Part shown: positions 25,869 to 36,704 of the stretch, in pieces
Layout of the letters: each line of letters begins with the position of its first letter
Numbering within the stretch: position 1 is the stretch's first letter
Source: Bacteroidota bacterium
Lineage (GTDB): Bacteria > Bacteroidota > Bacteroidia > Chitinophagales > LD1
Length of the DNA: 44,888 nucleotides
Direction: 5' to 3'
NCBI GenBank assembly: GCA_040387015.1
Contig: JAZKEP010000132.1
Coordinates: 3,261-48,148, forward strand
The notes under the pieces: model-generated
The model's input: the letters and a program-made list of their open reading frames with translations, nothing else
Database searches by the model: none
Told to the model about the DNA's origin: nothing
Position numbers and translations under genes: made by a program

Positions 25869-25980
25869 CGTTATCAAGAAAGACCGAGGGACAGGCCCGT
25901 TGAAGTCTTGACAACCACTCCGCAGCAATGTGGGGCAGGTGCCAAATCCTGCTCTGATTTTTTATCAGAGATAGATAAGT
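25869..25980 (+). promoter_or_regulatory. SAM-I (S-box) riboswitch
   Basis: P1 TTATC/GATAA, then AAGAAAGAC-CGAGGGACAGGCCCGTTGAAGTC (P2/kink-turn), CAACC...GGTGCCAAATCC (P3) and CTCTGAT/ATCAGAG (P4). Lies upstream of metH. Confidence 0.93.
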
Positions 25981-26049
25981 AGAATTTATTTTCTTCTTCC
26001 TTCCCAATTTCTTGAAAGCGAACTACAAAGACAAAACTTGTATTGTCTA

Positions 26050-26077
26050 AATACTAACTACTATATACTTGATACTG
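26050..26077. repeat. Heptamer tandem repeat (AATACTA ACTACTA TATACTT GATACTG) in the metH leader
   Basis: TACT at 26052, 26059, 26066 and 26073. Confidence 0.6.
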
Positions 26078-26082
26078 AAATT

Positions 26083-29000
26083 ATGAGTACTACTAAGCCT
26101 AATCTTACCGAAGAAATTGAAAAGCGAATCCTGGTGCTTGATGGTGCCATGGGAACCATGATTCAGCGTTACACGTTAACCGAAGAAGATTTTCGTGGTG
26201 AGCGTTTGAAAAATCACACGCACGATCTTCGCGGTAACAATGATTTACTTTCTATAACCAAGCCCGAAATCATTCGCGAGATTCACCATCAATATTTTGA
26301 AGCCGGTGCTGATATTGTAGAAACAAATACTTTTTCCTCCACTACCATTGCACAGGCCGATTACAAACTTGAGCATCTTGCTTACGAGCTAAACTTCGAG
26401 TCAGCAAAAATTGCGAAGGAAGTTGCTGAAGAGTTCACGAAGAAGGAACCGGGTAAACCGCGCTTTGTTGCAGGCGCGTTCGGCCCCACTAACAGAACTG
26501 CAAGTATTTCTCCCGATGTAAATAATCCCGGCTTTCGTGCCATCAGCTTTGATGAGTTGGTGAAAGCGTATAGCGAACAAGCACACGGTTTAATTGATGG
26601 CGGAGTTGATTGGCTATTGGTGGAAACTGTTTTCGATACACTGAATTGTAAAGCAGCACTCTTTGCAATCATGAAAGTTCAGGAAGAGAAAGGAACCAAT
26701 CTTCCGGTTTCGGTTTCAGGAACTATTACGGATGCCAGCGGAAGAACTTTGAGTGGGCAGACTACCGAAGCGTTTTGGATTTCGATTAAGCACGCGAATC
26801 TTCTTTCTGTGGGATTGAATTGCGCGCTGGGTGCAAAGGACATGCGGCCGTATCTCGAAACGCTTTCGAATGTAGCTCATACCTGGGTGAGTGTTTATCC
26901 GAATGCCGGTTTGCCAAATGCGTTTGGCGGTTATGATGAAACCGCTCAGATGATGGGTGCGGATATTGAGGATTTCTGTAAGAGTGGTTTTGTAAATATT
27001 GTAGGAGGCTGTTGTGGTACCACTCCTGATCACATCCGTGAGTTTGCGAAGGTGGCAGCAAAGTATTCTCCGCGTAAGAAACCAATGCGTATTCCTTTCA
27101 TGCAATTGAGCGGACTGGAACCTGTTACCATGACACCCGAAAGTAATTTCATGAATGTGGGTGAGCGCACGAATGTTACAGGCTCTGCCAAGTTTTTAAA
27201 ACTGATTAAGGAAGATAAATACGAGGACGCGCTTACGGTGGCGCTTGACCAGGTGCAGGGTGGCGCGCAGGTGATTGACGTGAATATGGATGAAGGGATG
27301 CTGGATGGAGAAGATGCCATGAAGAGATATCTGAACCTGACCGCCAGCGAACCTGATATTGCAAAGGTGCCGGTGATGGTGGATAGTTCTAAGTTTCACA
27401 TAATTGAAGCCGGCTTGAAATGTTTGCAAGGTAAAGGAATTGTGAATTCCATTTCCTTAAAAGGTGGCGAAGAAGAATTTATCAAACAGGCGAAGTTGAT
27501 TCATCATTATGGTGCTGCCATTATTGTAATGGCGTTTGATGAAAAAGGACAAGCCGATAGTTACGAACGTAGAATTGAAATCTGTGAACGCAGCTATAAA
27601 ATACTTACAGAGCAAATAGGCTTTCCTGCCGAGGATATCATCTTTGACCCTAATATTTTTCCGGTAGCAACCGGCATGGAAGAACACCGCCAGAATGCGA
27701 TTGATTTTTTCCGAGCTACCAAATGGATAAAAGAAAATCTCCCGCATGCACACGTAAGCGGAGGAGTGAGCAATGTTTCCTTCTCTTTCCGGGGAAATAA
27801 TCCGGTGCGCGAAGCAATGCACTCTGCATTTTTGTATCACGCAATCAAAAATGGTATGGACATGGGCATTGTGAACCCAACCATGCTCGAAGTGTATGAT
27901 GATATTCCGAAAGATTTATTGGATCGCGTAGAGGATGTTTTGTTAGACAGAAGAGAAGATGCTACTGAGCGTTTACTCGCTTTTGCCGAAACAGTGAAGA
28001 AGAAAGACAAAGCCGAAATAGTAAATGAGGAGTGGCGAAATGGTTCAGTTGAAGATAGGTTGGCTCACGCGCTTGCAAAAGGAATTGTAGAGTTTATTGA
28101 TACTGAAGAAGCTCGACAGAAATATGATAAGCCATTAGAAATTATTGAAGGTCCGTTAATGGCGGGAATGAACATCGTGGGTGATTTATTTGGCAGCGGG
28201 AAAATGTTTTTACCGCAGGTAGTAAAGAGTGCTCGTGTGATGAAGAAGGCAGTAGCATATCTGCTTCCGTATCTTGAAGAAGAAAAAAGGAAATCAGGAA
28301 ACACTGCGAAGAACAATGGTAAAATTCTCCTTGCCACCGTTAAAGGGGATGTGCATGACATTGGAAAAAACATTGTTGGAGTTGTGCTTGCCTGCAACAA
28401 CTATGAGATTGTTGACATGGGGGTGATGGTTCCTGCTGATAAAATTTTAGAGCGCGCGCGTGAAGAAGGAGCGCAGATCATCGGTTTGAGTGGTTTGATT
28501 ACTCCATCACTTGATGAAATGGTTCACGTAGCGAAAGAAATGGAGCGGCTTGGTATGAAACAGCCTTTGCTGATTGGCGGAGCAACTACCTCAAAACTTC
28601 ACACAGCTGTTAAAGTGGCGCCTGTATTTTCAGGAAATGTGGTTCACGTTCTCGATGCTTCTAAAGCTGTAACGGTAGCGAGTAGTTTATTGAGCAAAGA
28701 TGAAAGCGCAAATTTCTCTGCGAATGTAAAGAAGGAATATGCTGACATGCGCGAATTGCATGCAAACAGGAAAAGCGATGTCGAGTATGTAACGCTTACT
28801 GAAGCGCGCAAAAACAAATATCAGATTGACTGGAGCAAAGAACAAATCAGGAAGCCGAATTTTGTTGGCGTAAAAGTGTTTGACGATTACAGTTTAGAAG
28901 AGCTGGCTCAATACATTGATTGGTCCCCTTTCTTCTCCACTTGGGAAATGAACGGTGCTTATCCGCGAATTTTTGAAAGTGAGAAATATGGAAGGGAAGC

Positions 29001-29739
29001 AAAGAAACTCTATGATGATGCACAAGCATTGCTCAAAAAAATAATTGCAGAAAAATGGATTACTGCAAAAGCAGTAATTGGAATTTTCCCTGCAGCTTCT
29101 GAAAATGAAACCATCAATGTATTTGACGAAAGCGGAAAACAACTCACTTCCTTTCACCAAATGCGACAGCAGATTAAGAAAGATAGGCAATCGAATATCT
29201 GTTTAGTAGATTTTGTTGCACCTAAAGATGATTACTTCGGAGCTTTTGCAGTAACCACCGGATTAGGAATTGAAAAGCAAATTGAAAAGTTTGAAAAAGA
29301 CCTTGATGATTATAACTCCATCATGCTCAAAGCGCTTGCTGACCGGTTGGCGGAAGCGTTTGCTGAAAGAATGCATGAGCGGGTGCGCAAAGAATTTTGG
29401 GGATATGCAGGTGATGAAAAACTTTCTAACGAAGACTTGATTCACGAAAAGTACCAAGGCATTCGCCCGGCACCTGGTTACCCAGCTTGCCCTGACCATA
29501 CGGAAAAGCCAACTATCTGGAAATTGCTGGATGTAGAAAAGAATACAGGAATCAAGCTAACTGAAAGCAACGCTATGTATCCAACAGCCAGCGTAAGCGG
29601 GTTTTATTTTGCTTCACCTCATTCAAAGTATTTTGGTGTAGGAAAAATCCAAAAGGATCAGGTGGAATCGTTGGCAAAGGCGAAAGGATTGTCAGTTGCA
29701 GAAATGGAAAGGTGGTTGAGTCCGAATTTGGCGTATTGA
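26083..29739 (+). CDS. metH: Cobalamin-dependent methionine synthase (single full-length polypeptide)
   Basis: Start re-assigned to ATG 26083. Motifs [37 protein letters not shown] and [12 protein letters not shown]. Confidence 0.97.
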   Translation: MSTTKPNLTEEIEKRILVLDGAMGTMIQRYTLTEEDFRGERLKNHTHDLRGNNDLLSITKPEIIREIHHQYFEAGADIVETNTFSSTTIAQADYKLEHLAYELNFESAKIAKEVAEEFTKKEPGKPRFVAGAFGPTNRTASISPDVNNPGFRAISFDELVKAYSEQAHGLIDGGVDWLLVETVFDTLNCKAALFAIMKVQEEKGTNLPVSVSGTITDASGRTLSGQTTEAFWISIKHANLLSVGLNCALGAKDMRPYLETLSNVAHTWVSVYPNAGLPNAFGGYDETAQMMGADIEDFCKSGFVNIVGGCCGTTPDHIREFAKVAAKYSPRKKPMRIPFMQLSGLEPVTMTPESNFMNVGERTNVTGSAKFLKLIKEDKYEDALTVALDQVQGGAQVIDVNMDEGMLDGEDAMKRYLNLTASEPDIAKVPVMVDSSKFHIIEAGLKCLQGKGIVNSISLKGGEEEFIKQAKLIHHYGAAIIVMAFDEKGQADSYERRIEICERSYKILTEQIGFPAEDIIFDPNIFPVATGMEEHRQNAIDFFRATKWIKENLPHAHVSGGVSNVSFSFRGNNPVREAMHSAFLYHAIKNGMDMGIVNPTMLEVYDDIPKDLLDRVEDVLLDRREDATERLLAFAETVKKKDKAEIVNEEWRNGSVEDRLAHALAKGIVEFIDTEEARQKYDKPLEIIEGPLMAGMNIVGDLFGSGKMFLPQVVKSARVMKKAVAYLLPYLEEEKRKSGNTAKNNGKILLATVKGDVHDIGKNIVGVVLACNNYEIVDMGVMVPADKILERAREEGAQIIGLSGLITPSLDEMVHVAKEMERLGMKQPLLIGGATTSKLHTAVKVAPVFSGNVVHVLDASKAVTVASSLLSKDESANFSANVKKEYADMRELHANRKSDVEYVTLTEARKNKYQIDWSKEQIRKPNFVGVKVFDDYSLEELAQYIDWSPFFSTWEMNGAYPRIFESEKYGREAKKLYDDAQALLKKIIAEKWITAKAVIGIFPAASENETINVFDESGKQLTSFHQMRQQIKKDRQSNICLVDFVAPKDDYFGAFAVTTGLGIEKQIEKFEKDLDDYNSIMLKALADRLAEAFAERMHERVRKEFWGYAGDEKLSNEDLIHEKYQGIRPAPGYPACPDHTEKPTIWKLLDVEKNTGIKLTESNAMYPTASVSGFYFASPHSKYFGVGKIQKDQVESLAKAKGLSVAEMERWLSPNLAY

Positions 29740-30197
29740 TGAATGATTTCACTTTCGCTATTGAGTCAGAAATAAACTCCTCAAAGGAAATTTTGTGGCA
29801 GCACATCACGCAGATGAAAAATGTGAATGCAGAACTAAAGCCATTCGCAAGGATGACTTATCCTAAAGAGATGAGTGAAATTGGTAAAAATGAAGTTCCT
29901 TTAAAGCAAGTTCTTTTCAAAAGTGTGATCCTTCTATTTGGTTCTATTCCGATTGACTTGCATTACCTATGCTTAGATAGAATTGATGTCGGGACCGCAT
30001 TTTATGAAAACTCATATTCAATTCAACATCATTACTGGAAACATATTCGCACTATTTCTGAATGCAATGGAAAAACACTTGTAAAAGATGAGATCCACTT
30101 CGCTCCGCGCATTTCTTTACTCGGCTATTTATTGCTTCCGGTTTATAAGATAATTTTTGCAAATAGACACAAACAATTAAGCAAAGTCTTTAGTTAA
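29739..30197 (+). CDS. Hypothetical protein, SRPBCC/START-like fold likely
   Basis: ATG overlaps the metH stop (TGATG). Patterns FAIESEI...LWQHI, WKHIRTI, TLVKDEI and IFANRH. Confidence 0.7.
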   Translation: MNDFTFAIESEINSSKEILWQHITQMKNVNAELKPFARMTYPKEMSEIGKNEVPLKQVLFKSVILLFGSIPIDLHYLCLDRIDVGTAFYENSYSIQHHYWKHIRTISECNGKTLVKDEIHFAPRISLLGYLLLPVYKIIFANRHKQLSKVFS

Positions 30198-30223
30198 CGT
30201 TTGGAGTTTTCTTTCTTTGTCTC

Positions 30224-31288
30224 ATGCATTCGCCAGATAGTTTTCTCAATTACCAAATATACCACAATGCCATCTCGGAGTGGCTGATTGCGCTATCTAT
30301 TCTTGTTACTTCTGTTGTTTTTGCCAGGATTATTTATTGGCTTATAAGCAAGTTGCTCAAAATGTTGACCAAGCAAACTTCTTCCGAATTTGATGACCTT
30401 CTTTTTGAGAAGATAGATACTCCGGTCGCATTTGGAATTGTGTTGCTCGGTTTCAGGTTTGCTGTTGAGCAACTTCATTTTTCAAAAGCCATTGAAAATT
30501 ATTTACAGAGAGGTTTTGTTTTCATGAGTGCACTTGCTATTACGTGGTTTCTTACGCGAGTTATACGAGTGGGAATAGAATTTTATTTCAGCAAATATCG
30601 AGAGGAGGAGACATCCAAACTGGACAGACAAATGATGGCTCTGACTAAGCGGGCTTCAAAAATCGTTTTATGGTCGTTAGGAATTATTGTTGGTTTGAAT
30701 AATGCGGGCTTTGATGTAGGGGCATTGATTGCAGGTTTAGGAATCGGAGGACTTGCCTTGGCTTTGGCTGCTCAAGACACGGTAAAAAATATCATTGGTG
30801 GATTGGTGGTATTTATGGATAAGCCATTTCATATTGGAGAGGTTATTAAAATAAAGGAAATTGAAGGGACCGTAGTATATACCGGAATACGGAGTACGAG
30901 GATGCGTACAGGGGCCGGAAGAGTGGTTACAATTCCGAATGCCTACTTTACAGATAATGCCATCGAAAATATTTCTGTTGAACCTTCAAAACGCATAGTA
31001 ATTTATCTCACTTTGGTGTACGAAACCTCTTCTGAGAAAATTGATGAAGCGATTTCTATTTTAAAAAGTATTGTTGAACAATCCCCCGATGTAAATGGAT
31101 TTGAGTCACATATTTTTCTGGAAAAATTTTCTGCATCGTCAATTGATATAAATTTTACTTACTTCATAAAAAAGCAAAGCGACAATCATTCCACTCAAAC
31201 TGAAATAAATAAGGAAGTGCTGCGAAAATTTAAAACTGCCGGAATTGAATTCGCTTACCCAACACAAACCGTTATTGAAAAACGATAA
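30224..31288 (+). CDS. MscS family mechanosensitive channel
   Basis: AGLGIGGLALALAAQDT, DKPFHIGE, GIRSTRMRT, IPN and GIEFAYPTQT motifs. Confidence 0.94.
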   Translation: MHSPDSFLNYQIYHNAISEWLIALSILVTSVVFARIIYWLISKLLKMLTKQTSSEFDDLLFEKIDTPVAFGIVLLGFRFAVEQLHFSKAIENYLQRGFVFMSALAITWFLTRVIRVGIEFYFSKYREEETSKLDRQMMALTKRASKIVLWSLGIIVGLNNAGFDVGALIAGLGIGGLALALAAQDTVKNIIGGLVVFMDKPFHIGEVIKIKEIEGTVVYTGIRSTRMRTGAGRVVTIPNAYFTDNAIENISVEPSKRIVIYLTLVYETSSEKIDEAISILKSIVEQSPDVNGFESHIFLEKFSASSIDINFTYFIKKQSDNHSTQTEINKEVLRKFKTAGIEFAYPTQTVIEKR

Positions 31289-31300
31289 AACAGATATATC

Positions 31301-31645
31301 ATGAATGCGAAGCACTTATTTCTTGCTCTTGTTTTTTTTCTATTTGCTCATTCCGCTTATTCACAGTTAGGAGGCTATGCAACAGTTCGGGTATTCGATT
31401 GTAACAAGGCAATAGGAATGGGCAGCGGCTACATTGCCGCAAAAATTTTTATTGTTTATGAGGATGGAAACACGGAAGATATTCCTTTGCTTCCTTACAG
31501 CGAAAAAAACGAATTGGAAAATCTGAAAAAAATTAATCAGACCATTAATAAGCTTAAATCAAAAGGCTACTTTTTGATTGCTCAATATACCACCGGTGAA
31601 CAGGGTAATTTGATTTCGGACTACACTTTTCTAAAACAACAGTGA
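31301..31645 (+). CDS. Hypothetical exported protein
   Basis: Signal peptide ending AYS-Q; 114 aa. Confidence 0.75.
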   Translation: MNAKHLFLALVFFLFAHSAYSQLGGYATVRVFDCNKAIGMGSGYIAAKIFIVYEDGNTEDIPLLPYSEKNELENLKKINQTINKLKSKGYFLIAQYTTGEQGNLISDYTFLKQQ

Positions 31646-31669
31646 ACTCCTTTTGCAAGTTTTTGAATT

Positions 31670-32404
31670 TTAATTGATATTAAAATTCAACTTTACAGTA
31701 ATAGAAGCTGTCTTGTTTTTAGAAGATGTATTAAATGCTCCGCCCCAGCTATAATCTTCGGTGGAGTTTTGTGCAGTTATTTGAAAAATACCCATATCAG
31801 CGTTGTTAAGTCCGCTTATTTTTGTTTTCGAATTTTCAGCAATTTTTTCGGCTCTCGTGCGACCATCCTTTGTTGCTGCAGCCAGCATTTCAATTTTTAA
31901 ATCGGCAAGTTTTGTATAAAAATAGTTAGGCGCAATAGAATTCAATTCAATCTGTTGACCTATTAACTCTGTAATGTCGCGCGAAATTCTTTCAATCTTA
32001 TCTACTTCCCTACTTTCAATTTGCACTTGCTGTGTTAATTGATTGCCAATAAAAACCTGTTTCCAGTTATTCTCTCCCATCTGAACCTGCTGAAATTGTT
32101 TATTAATGGTTACTGATGAAAAAACAATTTCGTTCTCTGTGACTCCCTTCGATATCAGGTAAGTTTTAATCATATCCGCATCACGTTTCAGGTCATTGAA
32201 AGCTTCGGCCGTATTCATACTCATTCTAGAGAAATTTCCTTTCCAAACAATAAGGTCAGAAACAAAATCTTTGGAGGCAAGTCCGGTTACGCTAATCCTT
32301 TCATTTCCTTTTTTTCCTTTAACCCACGCATTGCGTAATGCAAGAGATGAAAAGACGATAGCGAAAGCTATTATAGCCGATGTGAAAATTTTAGTGTTGT
32401 TCAT
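31670..32404 (-). CDS. SIMPL domain (DUF541) protein
   Basis: ISVTGLAS...SDLIVW, YFYTKLADLKIEMLAAATKDGRTRAEKIA and MGIFQIT motifs. Confidence 0.9.
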   Translation of the reverse strand: MNNTKIFTSAIIAFAIVFSSLALRNAWVKGKKGNERISVTGLASKDFVSDLIVWKGNFSRMSMNTAEAFNDLKRDADMIKTYLISKGVTENEIVFSSVTINKQFQQVQMGENNWKQVFIGNQLTQQVQIESREVDKIERISRDITELIGQQIELNSIAPNYFYTKLADLKIEMLAAATKDGRTRAEKIAENSKTKISGLNNADMGIFQITAQNSTEDYSWGGAFNTSSKNKTASITVKLNFNIN

Positions 32405-33311
32405 GGGGGTAAATATTTTTTAGCGCTGCGTGGATATCAGCAAATGTAAAACGGAAACCTGTATTTATTATTTTCTCTGCGGAACATCTCTGGCTACTCA
32501 ATAGCATTTCACTCATTTCTCCCATTGCTATTTTGATTGCGAATGACGGAACAGGCAACAAGGCAGCATTCGATTTTCTAGTTTCAAGAATTTCTTTCAT
32601 TAAATCTCTCATCAAAAGCGGTTGTGACGATGTTGTGTTGATTGCTCCGTTAACGTCTTCGTTTTCGAGCGCGTGAATTATAATTCTGCAAACATCATCT
32701 ATATGTACCCAAGGATAGTAGAGATTGTCCTTTGAAAAATAAGTAGCCACTCCTAAGGGGATGGTTTTGGTAAGTTCAGGGAGTGCCCCACCCTTTTTTG
32801 AAAGAACTATCCCAATTCTGCAGCGCACCTCCCTAATTCCGAGCTTTGGAAACTGCTTCGCCCCTGCTTCCCATTTTTTGCAGACATCTGCCAGGAAACC
32901 ATTGCCAGATTGGCGTTCCTCTGTTACAATTTCATCAGCGCAATCACCGTAGTAGCCTACTGCACTAGCACTGATAAAAGTCTTCACTTCATGTTTTTCT
33001 TTTTTCAAAAAATTGAAAATCACTTTTGAACTTTGCACACGGCTGTCAATAATCTCCTTTTTGCGTTTTTCGCCCCATTTTTTAGCAGCCACTCCCGCAC
33101 CGGCAAGGTGCACAACAGCAGAAACCCCTTCAAATGCCTTTTCATCTATTTTACCCTTTTCAATATCCCAAACAAAAGACTCCGTCCTGAATCTTGACTC
33201 TTGGCTCTTGGCTCTTCCCAACTGGCTCACCGAATAGCCTTTATTTAAAAGTAACTCGGTTAATCGGATACCGATTAAGCCGCTCCCACCTGTAATCAGA
33301 ACTTTTTTCAT
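32391..33311 (-). CDS. TIGR01777 family NAD-dependent epimerase/oxidoreductase (YfcH-like)
   Basis: ITGGSGLIG, HLAGAGV, SASAVGYYG, FLADVCKKWE, RIGIVL and WVHIDD motifs. Confidence 0.93.
   Translation of the reverse strand: MKKVLITGGSGLIGIRLTELLLNKGYSVSQLGRAKSQESRFRTESFVWDIEKGKIDEKAFEGVSAVVHLAGAGVAAKKWGEKRKKEIIDSRVQSSKVIFNFLKKEKHEVKTFISASAVGYYGDCADEIVTEERQSGNGFLADVCKKWEAGAKQFPKLGIREVRCRIGIVLSKKGGALPELTKTIPLGVATYFSKDNLYYPWVHIDDVCRIIIHALENEDVNGAINTTSSQPLLMRDLMKEILETRKSNAALLPVPSFAIKIAMGEMSEMLLSSQRCSAEKIINTGFRFTFADIHAALKNIYPHEQH
33185..33216. repeat. Heptamer tandem repeat (TCCTGAA TCTTGAC TCTTGGC TCTTGGC TCTT) inside a CDS
   Basis: Read directly. Encodes RAKSQESRFRT in the loop after the second Rossmann strand. 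Confidence 0.75.
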
Positions 33312-33347
33312 AGCTGCAAATTTTATCTTTCTTCTTACCTATTCTTA

Positions 33348-33355
33348 TATATTTG
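33348..33355 (+). promoter_or_regulatory. -7 promoter element (TATATTTG) for the ABC transporter operon
   Basis: Exact TAnnTTTG match 37 nt upstream of ATG 33393. Confidence 0.55.
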
Positions 33356-33392
33356 TCCACCTCAAAATAACCCCAACAAAAAATATACAGCA

Positions 33393-35138
33393 ATGAACAC
33401 TCAACTCACCAAGAAAGTTTTTGTAATGGCTTTGGCGGCTCTGGTTTTATACGGCTGCGGAAAGAAAAAAGAGAAGAATGAAGTTATCGTTCATGAGTTG
33501 AGCGATACCGATATGTTGAACCCCACCAACTATCAAAGTGCTGATGCGGGTTATTACATTGCTCAGATGTTTCAGGGTTTGTGGGGGACCAATCCTAGGA
33601 CTTTGGAGTATGAACCTATTTTGGCAAAGGCCTTGCCCATTGAGGAGTACGACAGCATTAAAAATTTATTGACCTATACCTGCGAACTCCGCGAAGAAGC
33701 AAAATGGGATAATGGCGAACCGATTACACCAGCCGATGTTATTTTCTCTATTAAAATGTATAAGGCCCCTGTTATCAGTAATGAACCGCAGCGTCCTTAT
33801 TTTGAATTGATCAGTGATGTAATTACCTATCCTGACAATCCGCGCAAACTGACTATTGTCTGCAACAAAAAATATATTCTGGCTAAATCGGTTGCAGGTG
33901 GATTTGTTGTAATTCCAAGATATATCTACGATCCTAAGAACCTGATGGAGAACTTCAGCATTGGCGACATCAACACAAAATTTGCCGAGATAGAGCAAGA
34001 TGCCCGGATGAAAGAGTTTGCCACCGAATATAATAGCGAAAAATTTCAGCGCGATTCAGGTTACATTGTAGGTTCAGGGCCTTATGCATTTGACCAGTGG
34101 GTGACAGGACAAAAAATTGTTTTGAAAAAGAAGAAGAACTGGTGGGGTGAAAAATTTAATAATGAATATTCATATGAAGCATTTCCTGATAAACTGATTT
34201 ACCAAACTATCAAAGACCAGACTGCCGCTCTAACTGCACTAAAAGGAAAGCGTTTAGATGTGATGTATGGTATCAAGAGCAAAGATTTTGTTGAGCAATT
34301 ACAAACTTCGGAAGAGGTGAAGAAAAACTTTACTCTGAATACACCGCTTTCTATGGCTTATACGTATTTCGGTATTAATATGCGCAACCCTAAGTTTGAA
34401 GATGTGCGCGTTCGTGAAGCATTAGCTCACCTTACCGATGTTGAGAAAATTATAAAAGTTATTGGCTACGGCTTGGGCGAGCGCGTGAATGGCCCTGTTA
34501 ATCCTTACAAAAAAGGCGCATTCAATGACACCATCACTCCTTACGATTTCAATATTGAAAAATCTAAGGTTCTTTTAGCTGAAGCCGGATGGAAAGACAG
34601 CAATGGTGATGGAACCATTGACAAAAAAATAAACGGACAGCAAACGGAGTTTAATATCACATTTACATATAATGCCGGGAATGATTCTCGCAGAGATGCG
34701 GCTCTTATTTTCAAAGAAGCATGCCGGCAGGTGGGAATTAATGTGGATGTGGTTCCTCAAGAGTGGAGTATTTATCTTGAGAACCAAAACAAACACGATT
34801 TTGAAATGTATTACGGTGCCTGGATTGGTTCGCCAAACCCTGATGATCCGAAGCAAATCTGGCATACAGAGTCTATCAATGGCGGGAGCAATTATGTTTA
34901 TTTCGGAAATGCCGAAACGGATAAACTGATTGAAGATATCCGCTCAGAGTTGGATGATGAAAAACGGAATAATCTTTACCGCAAATTCCAGGTAGCTGTT
35001 CATGATGCCGTTCCCTATATTTTTATCTGGAGCCCCAAAGAGAGAATTGCTATCAGCAAACGTTTCACAAACACAGAAACGTTTATTGTTCGTCCTGGAT
35101 TTAACGAGGCTTCTTTTAAACTGTCGCAAAATAATTAA
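33393..35138 (+). CDS. ABC transporter substrate-binding lipoprotein, family 5 (peptide/nickel)
   Basis: Lipobox LYGC, LREEAKWDNGEPITPADVIFS, VGSGPY and DVRVREALAH motifs. Confidence 0.93.
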   Translation: MNTQLTKKVFVMALAALVLYGCGKKKEKNEVIVHELSDTDMLNPTNYQSADAGYYIAQMFQGLWGTNPRTLEYEPILAKALPIEEYDSIKNLLTYTCELREEAKWDNGEPITPADVIFSIKMYKAPVISNEPQRPYFELISDVITYPDNPRKLTIVCNKKYILAKSVAGGFVVIPRYIYDPKNLMENFSIGDINTKFAEIEQDARMKEFATEYNSEKFQRDSGYIVGSGPYAFDQWVTGQKIVLKKKKNWWGEKFNNEYSYEAFPDKLIYQTIKDQTAALTALKGKRLDVMYGIKSKDFVEQLQTSEEVKKNFTLNTPLSMAYTYFGINMRNPKFEDVRVREALAHLTDVEKIIKVIGYGLGERVNGPVNPYKKGAFNDTITPYDFNIEKSKVLLAEAGWKDSNGDGTIDKKINGQQTEFNITFTYNAGNDSRRDAALIFKEACRQVGINVDVVPQEWSIYLENQNKHDFEMYYGAWIGSPNPDDPKQIWHTESINGGSNYVYFGNAETDKLIEDIRSELDDEKRNNLYRKFQVAVHDAVPYIFIWSPKERIAISKRFTNTETFIVRPGFNEASFKLSQNN

Positions 35139-35150
35139 GCACACAGTTTA

Positions 35151-36698
35151 ATGAAACCGGTAGAAATAGAAACCAAGTCTGGAAAAACAGAGGCGGGCAA
35201 GAAAGTTTTCTTTGCAAGAATTTCTTTCCCCTTGTTCGGTTATATCCTTAAAAGGATATTGATTTTTATTCCTACCCTTTTTATTATTTCTCTCCTGACT
35301 TTCATTTTAATTTCAGCTGCCCCAGGTGACCCTGCCGAGACTATGTTAAGCCGGAGCAGTAGCGAAGGGCAGGCATCTGATAAGCTTGCCACCGAGCGCT
35401 CGTATCGCGAGCTTAGACATAAACTTGGTTTGGATTTACCCATCTTTTATTTTGCTTTTACCAATACAGCTCAGAGCGATACGCTTATCCGGATACCTAC
35501 CAAGAATCATCGCGAAATGCTCGACCGTTTAGTGTATGAGTATGGTAACTGGCCGCAGATTGAAAACTATTATCATCAGCTTAAAACGCTGGAGTTTTCA
35601 ATTATTGCTACAAAAAAAGATTCTACCAATGTGGATGCTTTGATAGAATTGAGAAATACGGTTGCTAAAGTTTTTATTCATCATCAAGATGTTGTGCTCT
35701 CTGCATTATTTACTGATCTGAAAGAGCAATCAGCGCTTGCACCTAATCTGGTTGATATAAAAGCGAAAGTTGAAGCAACTGAAATTGCTTACAGCAAAAT
35801 AAAGAGTGAAGCCAGTGTCTGGAAAAGATATGTGCCTAAGGTCCAATGGAGCGGAACACATAACCAATACCACCGCTGGCTGTTTGGTGAAGCAAGATGG
35901 GTTGGTGAAGAAACCGACCCTACATTGGGCAAAGGATTTATAAGAGGTGATTACGGTATTTCATTTTTCACCAAACGCCCTGTAAAGAGTGTTATCTGGG
36001 ACGGTCTTTGGATAACCATGCTTATCAGCATTTTGGTCATTGTAATTGAGTACATCATTTCAATTCCATTGGGAATTTCGTTGGCGATAAGAAAGGGCTC
36101 TGCGTACGATTCAGGAATGACCGTAGCGCTTTTTATCACCTATTCACTCCCTGTGTTTTGGATAGGAACTATGGCTATTTTCTTTCTATGCAGTCCTGAC
36201 TACATAGAAATTTTCCCTCCATTTGGTTTAGGGGATGCCACTATGGAGGACGGCTTTTTCTACAAATTTGGCGATTTGGCGTATCACTTAGCCCTTCCGT
36301 TAATTATTGCCTCGTATGCAAGCTTCGCTTATCTATCCCGCCAAATGCGAGGTTCTATGCTGACCGTGTTAGGAGCAGATTATATCCGCACTGCACGTGC
36401 TAAAGGCTTGCCCGAAAACAAAGTGATTTGGAGGCATGCTTTCCGTAATTCACTGTTACCTATCATTACCATTTTTGCTTCCTTTTTTCCTGCGCTGATT
36501 GGCGGTTCCATTATTCTCGAATTTCTATTCACCATTCCGGGACTGGGACAAATAACATACGCAGCGGTAATCCAAAAAGATTACCCGATGATTTTGACCA
36601 ACACCATGTTTGCCGCAATTCTCACATTGGTGGGTTATTTGGTTTCCGATATTTTATATGCCGTGGTTGACCCACGAATTTCATATTCAAAGAAGTAA
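35151..36698 (+). CDS. ABC transporter permease, OppB/DppB-like, with an enlarged extracytoplasmic loop
   Basis: YILKRIL, APGDPA, GDYGISF, DYIRTARAKGL and DPRI motifs. Confidence 0.92.
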   Translation: MKPVEIETKSGKTEAGKKVFFARISFPLFGYILKRILIFIPTLFIISLLTFILISAAPGDPAETMLSRSSSEGQASDKLATERSYRELRHKLGLDLPIFYFAFTNTAQSDTLIRIPTKNHREMLDRLVYEYGNWPQIENYYHQLKTLEFSIIATKKDSTNVDALIELRNTVAKVFIHHQDVVLSALFTDLKEQSALAPNLVDIKAKVEATEIAYSKIKSEASVWKRYVPKVQWSGTHNQYHRWLFGEARWVGEETDPTLGKGFIRGDYGISFFTKRPVKSVIWDGLWITMLISILVIVIEYIISIPLGISLAIRKGSAYDSGMTVALFITYSLPVFWIGTMAIFFLCSPDYIEIFPPFGLGDATMEDGFFYKFGDLAYHLALPLIIASYASFAYLSRQMRGSMLTVLGADYIRTARAKGLPENKVIWRHAFRNSLLPIITIFASFFPALIGGSIILEFLFTIPGLGQITYAAVIQKDYPMILTNTMFAAILTLVGYLVSDILYAVVDPRISYSKK

Positions 36699-36704
36699 AA
36701 GAAA

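Noticed and set aside
25908-25913. TTGACA as a sigma70 -35 box
   Set aside because: It lies within riboswitch P3, and Bacteroidota primary promoters use -33/-7 elements.
26038-26082. Longer N-termini given by the ORF track (metH 26038; also ALDH 18531, RidA 17170, DUF433 6067, dsbD 42063, 29712)
   Set aside because: The extensions overlap neighbouring genes, promoters or repeats, and homology-like sequence begins at the downstream ATGs.
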